64,000 nt of DNA, taken from positions 372,001 through 436,000 of the forward strand of contig NIVC01000455.1 of the NCBI GenBank assembly GCA_002269645.1. The letters run 5' to 3'. Shown here in pieces: positions 22,559 to 35,828 of this stretch. The notes under the pieces were generated by a model that did not search any database, was not told the DNA's origin, and saw nothing but the letters and a program-made list of their open reading frames with translations. Origin of the DNA: Macrostomum lignano. Its lineage: Eukaryota. The translations under genes were made by a program, and so were the position numbers. Positions within the stretch are counted from its first letter, which is position 1. Each line of letters begins with the position of its first letter.

Positions 22559-22591
22559 GGTACGCAAAGTTACAAAGTAATTTAGAAAGTT

Positions 22592-22616
22592 CACACACAC
22601 ACACACACACACACAC
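22592..22616. repeat. (CA)n microsatellite
   Basis: About 12 CA units. Confidence 0.95.
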
Positions 22617-24876
22617 GGGGTCAGCCGAGGTCAACCCAAGAGCAGTTTGCATAAGGCCCCAGGCACTCTGTGACCAATTTAGCCAAATTTAGCCTGCCGG
22701 AATTCTGCAGCGCCATAAAACCTGGGCAGCGGTGGCCACGATCAGTGCTGATGATTAACAGAGCAAAGCCAAAAGCTGAACTGCAGCAAGTTCAGCTGCA
22801 CCTACAGCGCTGTGTATTCAGCATTTACCGCCAGGGCAAGTAGCGAATTTTTACCGGCGCAGCCGGCCTCGCGGTCGCAGCTGAGAGGCGTAAATATCGA
22901 TTCATATTCGGTCCCCAATAGCGCAGGGCTCCCCTGTTTTCCCATGCATTAGTCAAACCCTCCCAGACAGGCAAAAAAGTGCAAACAGTACTGACTAAAA
23001 GTGGAAGACTATATGGTGCAGCCTCTCCTATCTTTGCTAAACAATTCAGCAAAGCATTCGTTAGACCGGGGCAGGGGAAGCAAAATAAAAAAATGGGAAA
23101 AACAAACGCAGCCCTACCTGCTGACTCGATCATCGCTCGACATTTCTTACCGCGACACTACTTATCAGTAGGAAATGAAGCCTTTTTTACCAGCATTTGT
23201 TTCAGAAGTCTTGATTATGATTGCAAATTTACGGGTGTAAACCTATGAGCGGCTTCGCCAAGCCGTTGAGATTACTGCGCTTTTGAGAACCAACCATTCG
23301 TTGCATTTTCGACCATTGGTTTGGCGAATTTCATCGAGGCCAATCGCATCGGTTGAAGACAGTCGAGCTGGACAACTGACGCAGTGCAGGCACTGATCAA
23401 CAAGGATCCACGCTCACCGGTGCAGCCAACCGGTGCTATCATTCTATTCTAGTCTGTCTCAGGTGCTGCAACCTGTTGCTGAGAGGCCTGAGTGACATAG
23501 GGGGCACCAACTCCACCAAGGACAACGCCCCCGCGGCCCCGAGCCACAGACCCATGCACTATCGAGTTCATGAAGCAGATAAACAGGCTGTTGAGAGTTG
23601 CTTTTGAGATGTGCCAAGATTTTGCTTTTAATTTAAGACTGTTTCTGCGTATCCGGAAATACATTGAACAACCCTTGTAGGCCCAAAAACTTGTCAACTC
23701 CATATTGTACATGTACATACACGTACATGGCCATAAAAGTGGCCAGTTGACAGCAAGTGGCCGAAAATGTCCGAGCCAAAACTCGGACTCATTGATAACA
23801 ACTTACAACCGGTATGTCTCATTTTCATTGGAATTGAAACTCTTACAAAGCGAAAAAGCAAAGTGCTCAAAGTGTGCTCAGGGTAATCGAAAATAACAAA
23901 GCCTAATTGAAGACAGCCAGTGCCGTTTGTTTTGTCGATAAAAAGATAATTTTATTGTTTTTGACAGTAGCGTAGCGATAAAGCCGATGTCGTATTGGTG
24001 AGTGAAAACGCTGACGCTTAGCAGTTTTGTTCTGCTCCTAGCTAGCTGCGGTCTTAGTAATGGAAAATTGAACAGTCAGAAACAACACAGTTGAAGTTCG
24101 ACACGGTTGAATAAAAAACTCAACAATAACTAAGGTAGATCAGACCGATCTCTCCTGCCCCCCCCCCCAGCAACTGTTTAACCAGCCTAATAAGTTTATT
24201 ACAGAAAATTTTTAGCTAATAAAAATGTTTCAAATAATTTTGGAAACAAAGAGTTAAGCGACGAACGCACTGGGATCGAACGACAGTTGAACAACAGATA
24301 GATTAGATAGATAATAAAATTAGAAAAATGTGTGCCACGTATTAGTAGTAGCCTTAGAACTTCCGGAATTATTAAATAGTAAAAGCGCTAGAGGGAGCTT
24401 GAGAACACGACACAGGCCGACGGAGAGGGGAACTGGTTTTAGAATTTTTGCCTCAGCCAATTAGGCTGAAATCACCCGCCTGATCCGACACGAAAGGACC
24501 TGCTTACCGTGGGTGCTGTGCTCTCTTGCGATTTTGTTTGCAGCCCTGTGGATGGATAAGCCTCAATAGGTCATGATAATGGGGACCTCAAGCTGAAAAT
24601 TTGTCGGCTATAGAGAGAAAAAACATAAGACATTATAATAGAAACATTTAGAATATACGCGAGTCCTACTGTACGGTAAGTAGTATAAGTAGCATAAATT
24701 TGTCCGGACAAAACCGACGCAGAATCGCGAGCAAAACTCTTGGCCAGAAGCAGCAAAAAACAAACAAAACCACAGTTTAAACAAACAGAACTTTACTGTG
24801 TTTTCACACAAATTCCATCTGGTCTGAGTCGCTCACATCTTCAACTTGCTGGCCAAAGCGGACTCCGCGCAGTGTC

Positions 24877-24911
24877 TTAGTTACCCGAGTCTTTGTCGCC
24901 CTCCTTCTCTT
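24877..24911 (-). CDS. 14-3-3epsilon: 14-3-3 epsilon-type gene, predicted last coding exon
   Basis: Acceptor TTGCAG; phase-1 join gives acidic tail EEKEGDKDSGN then TAA at 24879-24877. Confidence 0.7.
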
Positions 24912-25027
24912 CTGCAATTACCGGTTCAAAAAATTTAACTAAGTCAACAAAGAGGCCATTGGCTAAGGGTTCAAAGGTTATTAAAGATCAAATACAGGTC
25001 ATTGGATGTGGAGTTAAAGAGATTTCT

Positions 25028-25418
25028 GGATCCAGAAGCCATTGGCTAAGGGAATAAACGGTCAATCGAGGTCACGGGATCCAGAAGAGGCTATTGGCTA
25101 AGGGAATAAAAGGTCAACCGAGGTCACGGGATCCAGAAGAGGCCATTGGCTAAGGGAATAAAAGGTCAACCGAGGTCACGGGATCCAGAAGAGGCCATTG
25201 GCTAAGGGAATAAAAGGTCAACCGAGGTCACGGGATCCAGAAGAGGCCATTGGCTAAGGGAATAATAGGTCAACCGAGGTCACGGGATCCAGAAGAGGCC
25301 ATTGGCTAAGGGAATAATAGGTCAACCGAGGTCACGGGATCCAGAAGAGGCAATTGGCCAAGGAACTATAAAAGGTCAACCGAGGTCACGGGATCCAAAA
25401 AAGGTCACTGGCCAAGGG
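25028..25418. repeat. 52-bp minisatellite (~7.5 copies) in 14-3-3 intron 2
   Basis: Unit GGTCAACCGAGGTCACGGGATCCAGAAGAGGCCATTGGCTAAGGGAATAAAA at 25112, 25164 and onward. Confidence 0.95.
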
Positions 25419-25509
25419 TTAAAGGTGAACAGGGGTCAGATGATCCAGTAAGATTTCCAGTAGCAATGAAGTGCAGGGGGTCAGCAGTCAGAGGTTCTGT
25501 AAGACTCAC

Positions 25510-26163
25510 CGTCCCCAGTCTGCATGTCGGAGGTCCACAGAGTGAGGTTGTCACGCAGCAGCTGCATGATCAGGGTGCTGTCCTTGTAGGACTCCTCGGA
25601 CAGAGTGTCCAGCTCGGCGATGGCCTCGTCAAAGGAGGTCTTGGCCAGCTGGCAGGCCCTCTCAGCCGAGTTGAGAATCTCATAATAGAACACGGAGAAG
25701 TTGAGAGCCAGGCCCAGCCGGATGGGATGCGTGGGCGGCAGGTGGGCGTTGGCGATGTCCGTGGCGTTCTTGTAGGCCGACAGGCTGTTCTCGGCGGCCT
25801 CCTTGCGCTCGGCGCCGGTGGCGAACTCGGCCATGTAGCGCAGGTAGTCGCCCTTCATCTTGTAGAAGAACACCCGGGACTCGTCCACGGTGGCGCTGGG
25901 GATCAGGTGGCTGTCCAGCACGTCCAGAATGTCCTCGCAGATCTGCTTGAGCTCCTTCTCAACTTGGCTGCGGTATTTCTTCACCAATTCGACTTTGTCG
26001 GAGCCCGGCTTGCTTTCCTCCTTCTGCTCGATGCTGCTCATGATGCGCCAGGAGGCCCGGCGGGCGCCGATGACGTTCTTGTAGGCCACGGACAGCAGGT
26101 TGCGCTCCTCCACCGTCAGCTCCACGTCCATCACGGCGACGGCCTTCATGGCGTCCACCATCT
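25510..26163 (-). CDS. 14-3-3epsilon: 14-3-3 epsilon-type gene, exon 2
   Basis: [82 protein letters not shown]; acceptor TGCAG at 26165-26164, donor GTGAG at 25509. Confidence 0.97.
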
Positions 26164-27919
26164 CTGCACACAGTGTGGAAGGTTATTGATATTTTTAAAT
26201 GATAGTCATTTCGTTTCATTTCGTTTTTTGGTGCACTCCACAGATACTGGAATGACTAGTTGGGCCACTCAGCACATTTGCGTGTAAACTACTTTCAGTT
26301 CAATAGTAAGTTAAACACAAGCATTTTAATGTCCTTTATCCCCCAAGCTTAAACCCTCCAACCGTGCCTTTCCACACTAACCCCCGCACAGCCCCAATTT
26401 TTATTGCCTTTCTCAGAATTCCAGCCTAAAGCTGCCATGTACATTTCAGTGGACTAGCCAATGTACATTACTGCTGAACCAATTAGCAAGTTGTTTATGC
26501 CTGCAAGCTTGTGGGCTTCTAAACTTATCAAAGTTCATTTCAGCTGCCTTTATTTTATAAAATAGCAGGTGTATTCTTGTTTGCTACTGAACTGAAAGTA
26601 GTAATTCTAGTTATTCTAGTTCCTATAACTAGAATTCTAGTGCACTCAGGCATATATATATAGCTTAGATAGGATTTTTGTTCTGGTGTGCACTACTACA
26701 CAAACTAGACCCTGGTAATGCTTCAAAAGGATTGTTGGGATAGAGTTGCTGCTACATACATATACTCCTCCAAATAGGCATCAAAGTTGCTATTGCCTAA
26801 TAAGTTAAGACTTAGAAGTTCAGAAGTTTAAGTTTAAGGTTTATTAATCTGCTATGGTGTCAATGCAAATTTAATAAAAATTATTTCAAAGAATTCTGTA
26901 TTTATAAATGAACATAAATATAAAATTTAGAAATTACAAGTAATATTAACCATGCAACCTTTGCAATTGTGTTCTACATTAACATCTCTTTTTGAATGAT
27001 TTAATGATGGAAGTAATTAATTAATAATACTATAAGTGTCTGTGATATTCAAGTTTGTGTTAATAAAATCAATCTCCTTGAAGAACCCCCCACTCAAAAA
27101 CTCCTTAGCCCATTCCATGCCCTGATCTTCAATAAACATGGTCTATATTACACGGATTAACCTTGATTTGATAAATCTATTTTTTAAATTAAAAGATAAT
27201 TTAGAAATTCTTTTTGACTATAATTTCCATTGGAATAAGTTTTAAAAATGTGTCAATATGCATTAAATGTCTAGCAAATATGACACACAGGGGTGTAGCT
27301 AGGAATTTCTCACAAGGGGGATGCAAAAATACTACACTCTGGATCATGTAGTATATGCCCAAAAATTTGGGCATGCATTGGCCTTGCATGCCAAAACTAG
27401 GCATGTATAGTTGGTGTGCATCATTCCTGTGTGCATGCAAACCTAGCGTGCACTTGATAGAATCACACAAAAGAGATAAAGCCTAATGTAAAATAGGAAA
27501 AGATAAAACAAGTTCATTTTTAAGCCTAAATATCAAGCTTTCTGGGTTTTTTAGTATAGAAGTTTTAGTATATTAGATTGACACAATATTTGACCGTCTT
27601 TATGGACACTACCAGCAACATTCGAGCTACCATGTTGCATTTAAAGCCTATTGTTCATAGACAACCGCCGTGCCCCTAGGCATGTGAGTGGTAGATTACT
27701 AGGAACACGGCCGCCATGTCCCTATACACAGAGCTAGGGACACAGCGGCTGTGCCGCGAGTCCACACAGCTAAAGACACGGCCGCCGTGGCTCTAGGCAC
27801 AGAGTAGCGTGGTAGCTAGGGACATGGCGGCCATGTCCTTAGACATAGAGTTAGAGGCACGGCCACCGTGTCCCTAGTCATGGTGTTTATTATTGCAACA
27901 CCACTGTAGATTTGAGAGT

Positions 27920-29429
27920 GGGCATTTCCGCCAAATAGGGACACAAATTGTGTCCGAGTGTGCAAAGAAGAAGAAAAATGTTGAAAACAGGAAATCTAAC
28001 TAGAATTTGTTATTAAATTTCTTTTTTTATCTTGTAGAAGCACAAGAAATTCTCTGGTAACAATAAAAAGTTGCCGATAAAAGTTATACTGATCTAAGAA
28101 GACGATTAATACCGTAGGAGAATAAAATTTTATATTGAGGCGTAATTGCTTGCTTATAATTAATTTTCTTTCAGTCAATAATTTTTTAATTGTTTCTTAA
28201 TGCTTTTAATCAACTTTTTAATTCAGATTTTGTTATTTTGCGCATAAGTTCATACGATATTTTTTAACTTTGTCAAAATGTTTTTTTTCTGCGCGATATA
28301 CCGAACATAAATCTCTAATTTTACTTTTCAGTAACTAGCCGATCACCGTAATTATTCAGAAGTTCCAGTGCAACTTTGCAAGCAGCAAGAAATGCATATG
28401 CTTCCACAATCTAGAGAAAGTTTTTCTGAAGCAATATTACAAGTAAATGTGGGGAAAATTGATTTAGTACTATGTAAATTAATATCTACATACTATAGTG
28501 CAAAATGTAAATTACATTTTTATTGATAAATAAACAAGAAATTAATGTGAAACTGTTTTATTTTCCAGCTTTTATACTTAATGATAGTCTTGTAAGACTG
28601 ATTTTGAGAAAAAAACTAGCAAAAAATAAAATAAAGGGTACAACATGAAAATACATCTCGTGTAAGTAGTGTGCTTACTACATTTAAATGTTAATATTTA
28701 AGGTATTTTGACAGATTAAGGTTCAGCAGACCACTTTTTGTGAAGCTCTGTATGTCAGCAATCCATAAATATATCGTTTTCAGCTAATAAAAAGCACTAA
28801 AAAAATTATTGGGTACAACATGAGTACAATCTTGTGGTTAAGATGTCACATCGAAAAAAAATTAATGTCTTAGAAAAATGTATTAAGCAAATTCTATTGC
28901 TAAAAAATATACTGATACATCATCGCAAAGATGTTTTCCTTCATTTAAGCTAAAAAACATGTAGATTGAAAGCCTTATGAGTAAATGAGAGGGTACAACA
29001 TGAGTACAAATGATACAAAAACTTACCGTTTATAATTTTTGGTATAGCAAGAAAACTGACAAGAATCAATGACTTCTTGCAGGTGTTGTGACGAAAAGGA
29101 ATGATTTTAACAAAGTTTAATGTGTTTTTTTCATGAATCAAAGAGAATTAATATAAAGAATATTTTTTTCGCTCTTTTATTCAATGTTGAAGTTAAAAAT
29201 TGTGTGTTTGGACATCCAAAAAAGTGGCGTCTACGTAAGTTTAAAATGGTTTATTCAACATTAATTTTGCGATTAACAATCTTTAAATAGCTTTAAATTG
29301 AGCAAAAGTGGTTGTATTTTTCAGTTTAAGTCCTTGTTTGACTTCAATTAGCTGGCCTAAGCTACAATTCATCATTTTCTGTTTGTTGAAGTGTAATTTT
29401 CCGTTAGTGCCTAATTGGCGGAAATGCCC
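27920..29429. mobile_element. Non-autonomous TIR DNA transposon (1.5 kb) in 14-3-3 intron 1, superfamily uncertain
   Basis: TIR GGGCATTTCCGCCAA(A/T)TAGG(G/C)AC (21/23 match); flanking GAGT direct repeat; AT-rich body with repeated GGGTACAACATGA motif. Confidence 0.7.
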
Positions 29430-30034
29430 GAGTGGGCATGCATTTGTACCTATTGAGGTGGAAGGCCAATGGTGCTGCTGGTGCTGCCAGTTGCATAGTC
29501 TGGCCACCACAATATTCAATTTTTTTTGGGCATGCACCCAGCATGATCTAGAGTATGGCAAGAATATAAGTAGCTACTACTACTTCGGTTCAGAGGCAGT
29601 TTATAGAAAAATTAAGCACTAGGCCTATAATTAAAAATTGTAAAATTTCAACAAAATTATTTTATTTTATTATATTACTAATACCAGGTATAATAATAAT
29701 ATATAGCACTCAATAAAAAACACTTACAAGTTACAAGACCATCACTAAACTAGTGCCTAAGTCCCTACTTTAATGAGCCCACATTGTTTATATTAATTAT
29801 AATATAAATTTTTATCTAATCTAATAAATTAAACAAATCTAAACAAATCTAATAAATGATATAATAAATATTATTATTAAACAATGAAAAATTATTAAAA
29901 AACAAGCCTAGAAAGTGCTTTATTTCATGGCTAAGTGATTAGGTTTGCAAATGATGACAACAGTGACACTATACTATAGTTAAAAATTGGGGACATTGAC
30001 AGTACATTTATACATTTCAACTTTTGTTACATAC

Positions 30035-30104
30035 CATCATAGCGCTCAGCCTGCTCAGACAATTTTGCGAAGTAAACCTGATCTTCTCTGTCCTGGTGGG
30101 CCAT
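30035..30104 (-). CDS. 14-3-3epsilon: 14-3-3 epsilon-type gene, first coding exon
   Basis: ATG at 30104: MAHQDREDQVYFAKLSEQAERYD + G, donor GTATGT; phase 1 joins exon 2 to give ..RYDEMV; three exons total 759 nt (252 aa). Confidence 0.93.
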
Positions 30105-31237
30105 AGTAAGATTTAAATAAAGCGTTACTTCGAATACTCTAAAACTTATCTACTATTTTACTTTAGCAGTAAAGAAAAACTACCGCGTCGCAATAATGGA
30201 ATTCGCTAATTTGAATTTCATGTTGCAAATTCATCAAACCAAGCAAGAAAGATTCCGTAACATTTGCTCAAAAAGCTTACTTAAACAAAACTTTAGCTTA
30301 CTAAGGAAATTAGTCGATTTAAACGAATCTTAAAATAAACCGAAATTTTAGTTTAAAAATTTTATTTATAATTTCAACCGTAGTGCCTACATCTCTGCCT
30401 TATTATTTTTCAGGTTAGAAACTTTCGGTGCCCTATGAATCGCAACTGTACATGCATAACATATTGCCTCAAAGACAGCTGTGCATGTGCTTTCTTTTCG
30501 CTCTGCACTATTCGATTTATGAACATAATCGAGATTACGGCTCTCCACTGTCTGGGCCCCTGCCAACTGACATATGTGAGTCACAATTATATTATACATG
30601 TAGCACCAACGGCAACGCAGCAAAATCATATTGCCGAAGTAGACGACCGCAGAATAGCTGACCTTTTCTTAGAAATAATCTCAAGGTCTGGAAAAACGCC
30701 TATTGCCAAACCGCTAGTGCATTTTGTACGAGCTATGTTATCGACAGTGTTGCAGCTATTATAGGCTCACGTACGACATGTACAGGTACTGCTAGTAATG
30801 GCCCTGACTTTAAGGGGTTGTCCTCTTGGGTGTGAATTGCACGAAACGACAAACCCGCCGGCCAACTTTCACGCACAAGCCCCAAATGAATGCGCCTGCG
30901 CGCACGGAATCAAATCAGGGGTCGTCAGCGATCGTCGTCAGCGACAGCGATCAGACGCGCGTTTATATGTACATGTTAGCCCTGCTGCTCTGCCTTCTCT
31001 CTCTCATAATGCTTTATGCAAGCAAGTTTTCTGTGCTGCAAGCCAGGTAAGTATCTGATTTAGACTTAGGATTCCAAGTTTGACGCCGCAGACTGGGAAG
31101 ATGAGCTGGTGAGGGCTGATTATAAGCGCGCATGACGTTAGGGCGCATGGTACGTAGGTGTAATGTCTGCATGATCAGATGAGATAACCGAGCTGTGAAT
31201 TCTAAGCTTGCGAACTGCAGTGGTCACACTGAACAGC

Positions 31238-31337
31238 GTGTGTCAATCAAACTGCGCGCTTGTGACAGTGTGTAAATCAAACTGCGCGCTTGTGACAGTG
31301 TGTGTTGTGTGCCAATCAAACTGCGCTCTTGTGACAG
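31238..31337. repeat. ~30-bp tandem repeat, 3 copies
   Basis: GTGTGT(C/A)AATCAAACTGCGCGCTTGTGACA. Confidence 0.85.
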
Positions 31338-32024
31338 CTAGTAAACGCTTAAAGCACTGACAGTAGGTTTAAACGCGCGCTTACGAGCCATCATGTCTTG
31401 CCAGTCAGTAAAGTGGATTAATCTATATAACTAAAATCTGAAAAGTTATCAAGATATAAATCAATACAGGTCAGGACATACGAGCGTACATGTAATATAC
31501 ATACGGTTTTCAAACTTAGCGCCTGCGTTTTATACATCTTAGGACAAATGTAGCTGTGCGTTTTTATCTACATGTAAGTTACACTTTCTATCAGGATTAT
31601 TAGCCATGCAGTTTTGCAAAAGTATTTAATAATCTACCTTCATTTCAGGTGCATTTCCCCCCCCCTGGATTTGCGGTTTATTACGGATTTCAATGCTCAT
31701 ACAATCAATTATATTTGCATTACAAATGCAATGAGATTTTGGCAAGAAAAACCCTAAATTATCAGACTGCGATACTCATCCGCATCCGACCTGCCTCGCT
31801 CTGCAATGCTGCAAAAGTCTTTCGAGCCGTATAATTCTTCAATTCTTAAAGAGTCTTAATCATGTCAATCAAACCGTGTCTGTAGGGCCACGACCCGCAT
31901 CGCAGTTGCGTTGAGTTTTTTTCTACAGCAATGCATGGATTCTAAAAAGAGCCAACATTTCGGAAAGATAATTCCAAGGCTTGTACGACACCTTAAGAAG
32001 AGTAAGCCGTTGAACTGATTTGCC

Positions 32025-32760
32025 ATGGAGTTTGCTAAGATGCAGCTCTCCTCTATCCCGGTTGCAGCAGCGCTGGCTCTGCTGCTGTGCTCGATAATTG
32101 CAAGTTGTGCGAGTCTGAAGTGTGTCCTTTTTAAATAACTTTATTGCATAGTAGTTACTTTGTAGCTCGTAGGTACGTCCTACTGCAAACGGGCTTCAAA
32201 ATTTGCTTGGACTCAGCGGTTTCCTTTGGAGGATCAGAAGCAACCAAAACTGGATCTGGGGATGTTTACCGTACATGATTAGCTTTACGATAAGGCACAG
32301 AGACTGTACATGCCTGACGATTAGAAAGTCAGGCCCACTGTACACCTTGTGTGAGCTTGGCAAGAAAGCTCGAGCTCACACAAGACTCAGGAGTCAGCAG
32401 AATGGGCAGAATTGTCTCAGCGTTCTCCCTTTCTTTCCGCAGGTCTCTCCAATATCCACTCTCTCAGCCGCGGCATCACCACAATGAGAGTGGGAGATGA
32501 AGATTTGGGACGGCTCCGAGCTGCACACGCGTAGAACGACAGATTCGAGGTGAAAAACGCCAGCGATGGGTATCGGATGACGTACATGTACCAAGAGATG
32601 CTGAGGAACGGGTTCAGCTTCCCCTGGGATGATTGGGATTACCAAAATGGATATGGCAGTTTTCCACGATAGACAGGGACCAGGACGGATATTCCGGATC
32701 GTGCTCAAGAACTGGTGGATATGGAGGCTTGTATAACGGAAGATTTTCCTTCTGAGAGAC
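32025..32760 (+). pseudogene. Probable secreted fibrinogen-related domain (FReD) pseudogene
   Basis: Signal-peptide-like MEFAKMQLSSIPVAAALALLLCSIIASCAS from GCCATGG at 32025. Then FKICLD..FGG..GSGDVYRT*; after an acceptor at 32441-32442 GLSNIHSLSRG..MRV..A*NDRFEVKNASDGYRM; after a frameshift FSTIDRDQDGYSGSCS..GG..YNG. In-frame stops at 32276, 32291, 32532. Confidence 0.55.
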
Positions 32761-33102
32761 ACGAGATGACAGGTACATGGTCTGGAACGCTGGCTCTTCG
32801 TGAAGTGCTGCAGATTTGAGCATTGGTTCGGAAATGGGAAGAACTTGACAATACACTCCTTGATTGATTAAAGCAAATTTTTAACGATTTTTTAATACGA
32901 ATGAATTTAAAAAAGTTATATACCCAAAAAGCCATCTTTTTGAACGGTGCCCTATTGTTATGCTTTGGTGCTGGACAAAAGAAAAAACAAACCTTAATCG
33001 TTGTTCTTAAAGTCAATAGTACTGTGGTTTTTCTAGAAGCCCAGTGACCCACAGATAATATTTAGTATCTGTGCAGTGAACTAGTATTCCTGGTGCAGAA
33101 TA

Positions 33103-33718
33103 TATTCAAAAACAGTCAAAAGTTCCACCTTCCAATTAGCGAGATGAATTTTTCTAACTTAATGCGAGTGACGCAAAGCTTATATTGCCACTTGAGAGGG
33201 TTGTCCAGGATGACAACGCGCCGCCACATTGAGCCGATGCTGTTAGTCGACTGAAAGAACAGCTACAGCTGCGCACTCTGCGCTGGCCTTTCCGGTCCCC
33301 AGACATTTTAATTCCATCGAGCATGTCTGGGACTTCCGATAAAACGCAGCATTCGAAAAGAGAATCCACCACAGAATGTTGCGGAGCTGCGTCATGCCAT
33401 TGAAAACGCTTGGCAGCAGCTTCCCAGGACTTTCTGCACTGCCTCATCCTGGGATGCCCCGCAGAGTGGCCGCACTTCTGCGTGCGAGGGCATCCCACAC
33501 GCGTTATTAAGCATTGCCACTCTAACTGACTGATTACTAAAAAAGTAAGCTATGATTTTGTGCGACTGACGTCTATTACTGATCCAATCAATTTTCCCTT
33601 CCTCACTGCTGCTTAGTTGCGTAAACTTGAGGGTTGAATTGTCAGTGAGAAGTTGTAGCAATAAGTGAGAGAACTTTGATATCGCTTAGAGGGTGGAACT
33701 TTTGACTCTTGCTGAGCA
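33103..33718 (+). mobile_element. Internally deleted Tc1/mariner element
   Basis: TA-flanked imperfect TIRs sharing AGTCAAAAGTTCCACC; decayed transposase C-terminus QDDNAPPH (33206), WPFRSPD/NSIEHVWD, MPRRVAALLRARASHTRY* (33510). Confidence 0.85.
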
Positions 33719-35324
33719 TAGCCGATTCATTCAAGTTAATGTTTTATTCAGCTATAGCTTCAATCAGATATTGCTTCTCATTATTACTCTTTACTTGTCC
33801 TGGCGCATCACGTCAGGTGTATTACACTGTTTGGTGATCTTGGCTTTGGCGCTGTTAAAATAATATCTGCAGGAGGTCTGTGGACACCCTGGCGCACCGC
33901 CTTCGGCGACATCATCCCAAAACGCTGATGCAATTCTGCCCATATTCCGCTGACTCCTGAGCACACAGCTCGTACAAGTGCACGACTCTTGAGCAGCAGA
34001 GCCTCCGAAAATGCCTGGGAACTTTCCAGCTACAGTACTCAACTCCATATAGTGCAAGAGCGCCAGTGTGCAACAGCCACCTGACTGAGTTGCACACCCC
34101 AGCAGGTCAGGAAAATTCTGGCTATGCCCCACAAAGAAGCCTGTCATATAATTGGCAAGCACATTGCTAAGTCAGGTAGTGCAGCATAGGAAAGCTCTGT
34201 GCTGGAAAAATCATTCTCGAAGAGCAAATTACGATCATGCTCACAGCTCACTCTATACTGCGCATATTTCGCGATTCTAGCAGGTCATGCAGCACGGCAG
34301 AGGCGCGTGATATACACGAGTCCACAGTGGAAGAGAAATCAAATGGTTAAGACATTGAGACCAAAATGTAACTGTGTATAAGTAGTACACATACATTTGT
34401 ACACTGGACCACTGTACATCCATACACTGTACACTGTATGCACTGCACAGAACATGGACACGCGAAGATAATTAAAGAGCTCACCTTGAAATTCTCATAA
34501 ATGTGAAGATCGAACACCAAGGTCATGAAGCTTCAACTGTGCGTGGATAACTGAAGGTCATTAGGAGTTTCTTGTTACTGTTGCAAGTAAAAATTTCTCA
34601 GAAAAATTTAAAGCAGATGATTTTCCCACAATGTCACAAACTTAAAAAAACCTATAATATCCAAAGCGCAAGTGATCATTGACTAATGCTAGACTGAGTC
34701 TTGCAACTCTCAGATTCAGCCTGCTCTCTGAGAACGACAGAAAGACAAAACTGGAAAATTTAGCAAACTAGCTCGTGTAAAAGTAATTTTTTTCTCTGTA
34801 ATATCATCAACCACATATTGAAATAATCCAAATATACTAAAAAGCAATGCAGATATGGGCCTACTTACTGACGCAATTATTTTAAAACATAGATAAACAG
34901 CAATAAAATGACTGGAGAAGTTAGGCATGAACACTTAATCCATAGAAGCAATGCTTGGAAAAGTTATACAAACAACAAGGTACCACACGGCGTGCAACAC
35001 TTGTGCTGTACACTGCTAGCATTTGCACTGGCGTAGCTACAGCTATTCCGTGAGTCAGACTGCTAAAAATAGGCTGTACGAGTACTTGGAACTTTCTAGA
35101 AGTTTTGTCTAACTTATATATATGCAGCCCTAGCTTTTTGGACGCATTCATCAGACTTAAACTTACGAGAATCTATTAGAAACATTTTTTTACAGAAAAA
35201 GCATTTTACAGAATCGCAATAAAAATGTTTAGCACAGCCAGCCATTCCAGCCAGCATCATCAGCAGCAGCTGGGGAGTTTCCAGCCGCAAATGCGGCTCA
35301 GCAGCTGCTCAGCTGGCGTCCGTG

Positions 35325-35400
35325 ATGTTCAGCGGAAGTTCAGCTGCCAAACTCGATCGGTTTAGTCGCCAAAGCGCTGAGGCGATGGTCTACTGCCTAT
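35325..35400 (+). CDS. Predicted upstream coding exon of IAP-like gene (true start uncertain)
   Basis: ATG 35325 MFSGSSAAKLDRFSRQSAEAMVYCL + T, donor GTAAGT at 35401; phase 1 matches acceptor at 35827-35828; frame is open back to 35223 so further upstream exons are possible. Confidence 0.55.
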
Positions 35401-35828
35401 GTAAGTCTCCATTGCTGAGCTTGTTTCCCTGCCAATAGATTATTAAGGTGCCCACCGCACCTGCATCTTGCAGAGCAGCGTGGCCCCGAGCTTGACTGAC
35501 TGTCGCAGTGCGCTGCCGGTTCCACCCTGCCACCGTGCGATGATGTACAATTCTAAGATCCAATTTGATAGGTCGAGAAATAGCCCAATACTACTATTTA
35601 CAGTAGTAATCACAGAATTGCACAATAGTAGCGTAGCGTACGTTGACAATCGCCATCAAAGACGCAGTGCGCAGAGCGAGTTGGAAAACTTGACGTCATT
35701 TGCAGTGATAGTGAGCTGAAATCAATCACTCTGCCAGTCTCTGTAGTGGCGGTTTTCAATGTACACTGTATAGTACTTCACACAATACAATCCAATCTTA
35801 TTACCGCTAATTACAAATTTACCGTTAG

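Noticed and set aside
25466-26287. 273-aa plus-strand ORF
   Set aside because: Antisense shadow of the GC-rich 14-3-3 exon 2
33791-34162. 123-aa minus ORF with FVGHSQ resembling a lipase nucleophile elbow
   Set aside because: Lacks the second Gly of GxSxG and any other lipase motif
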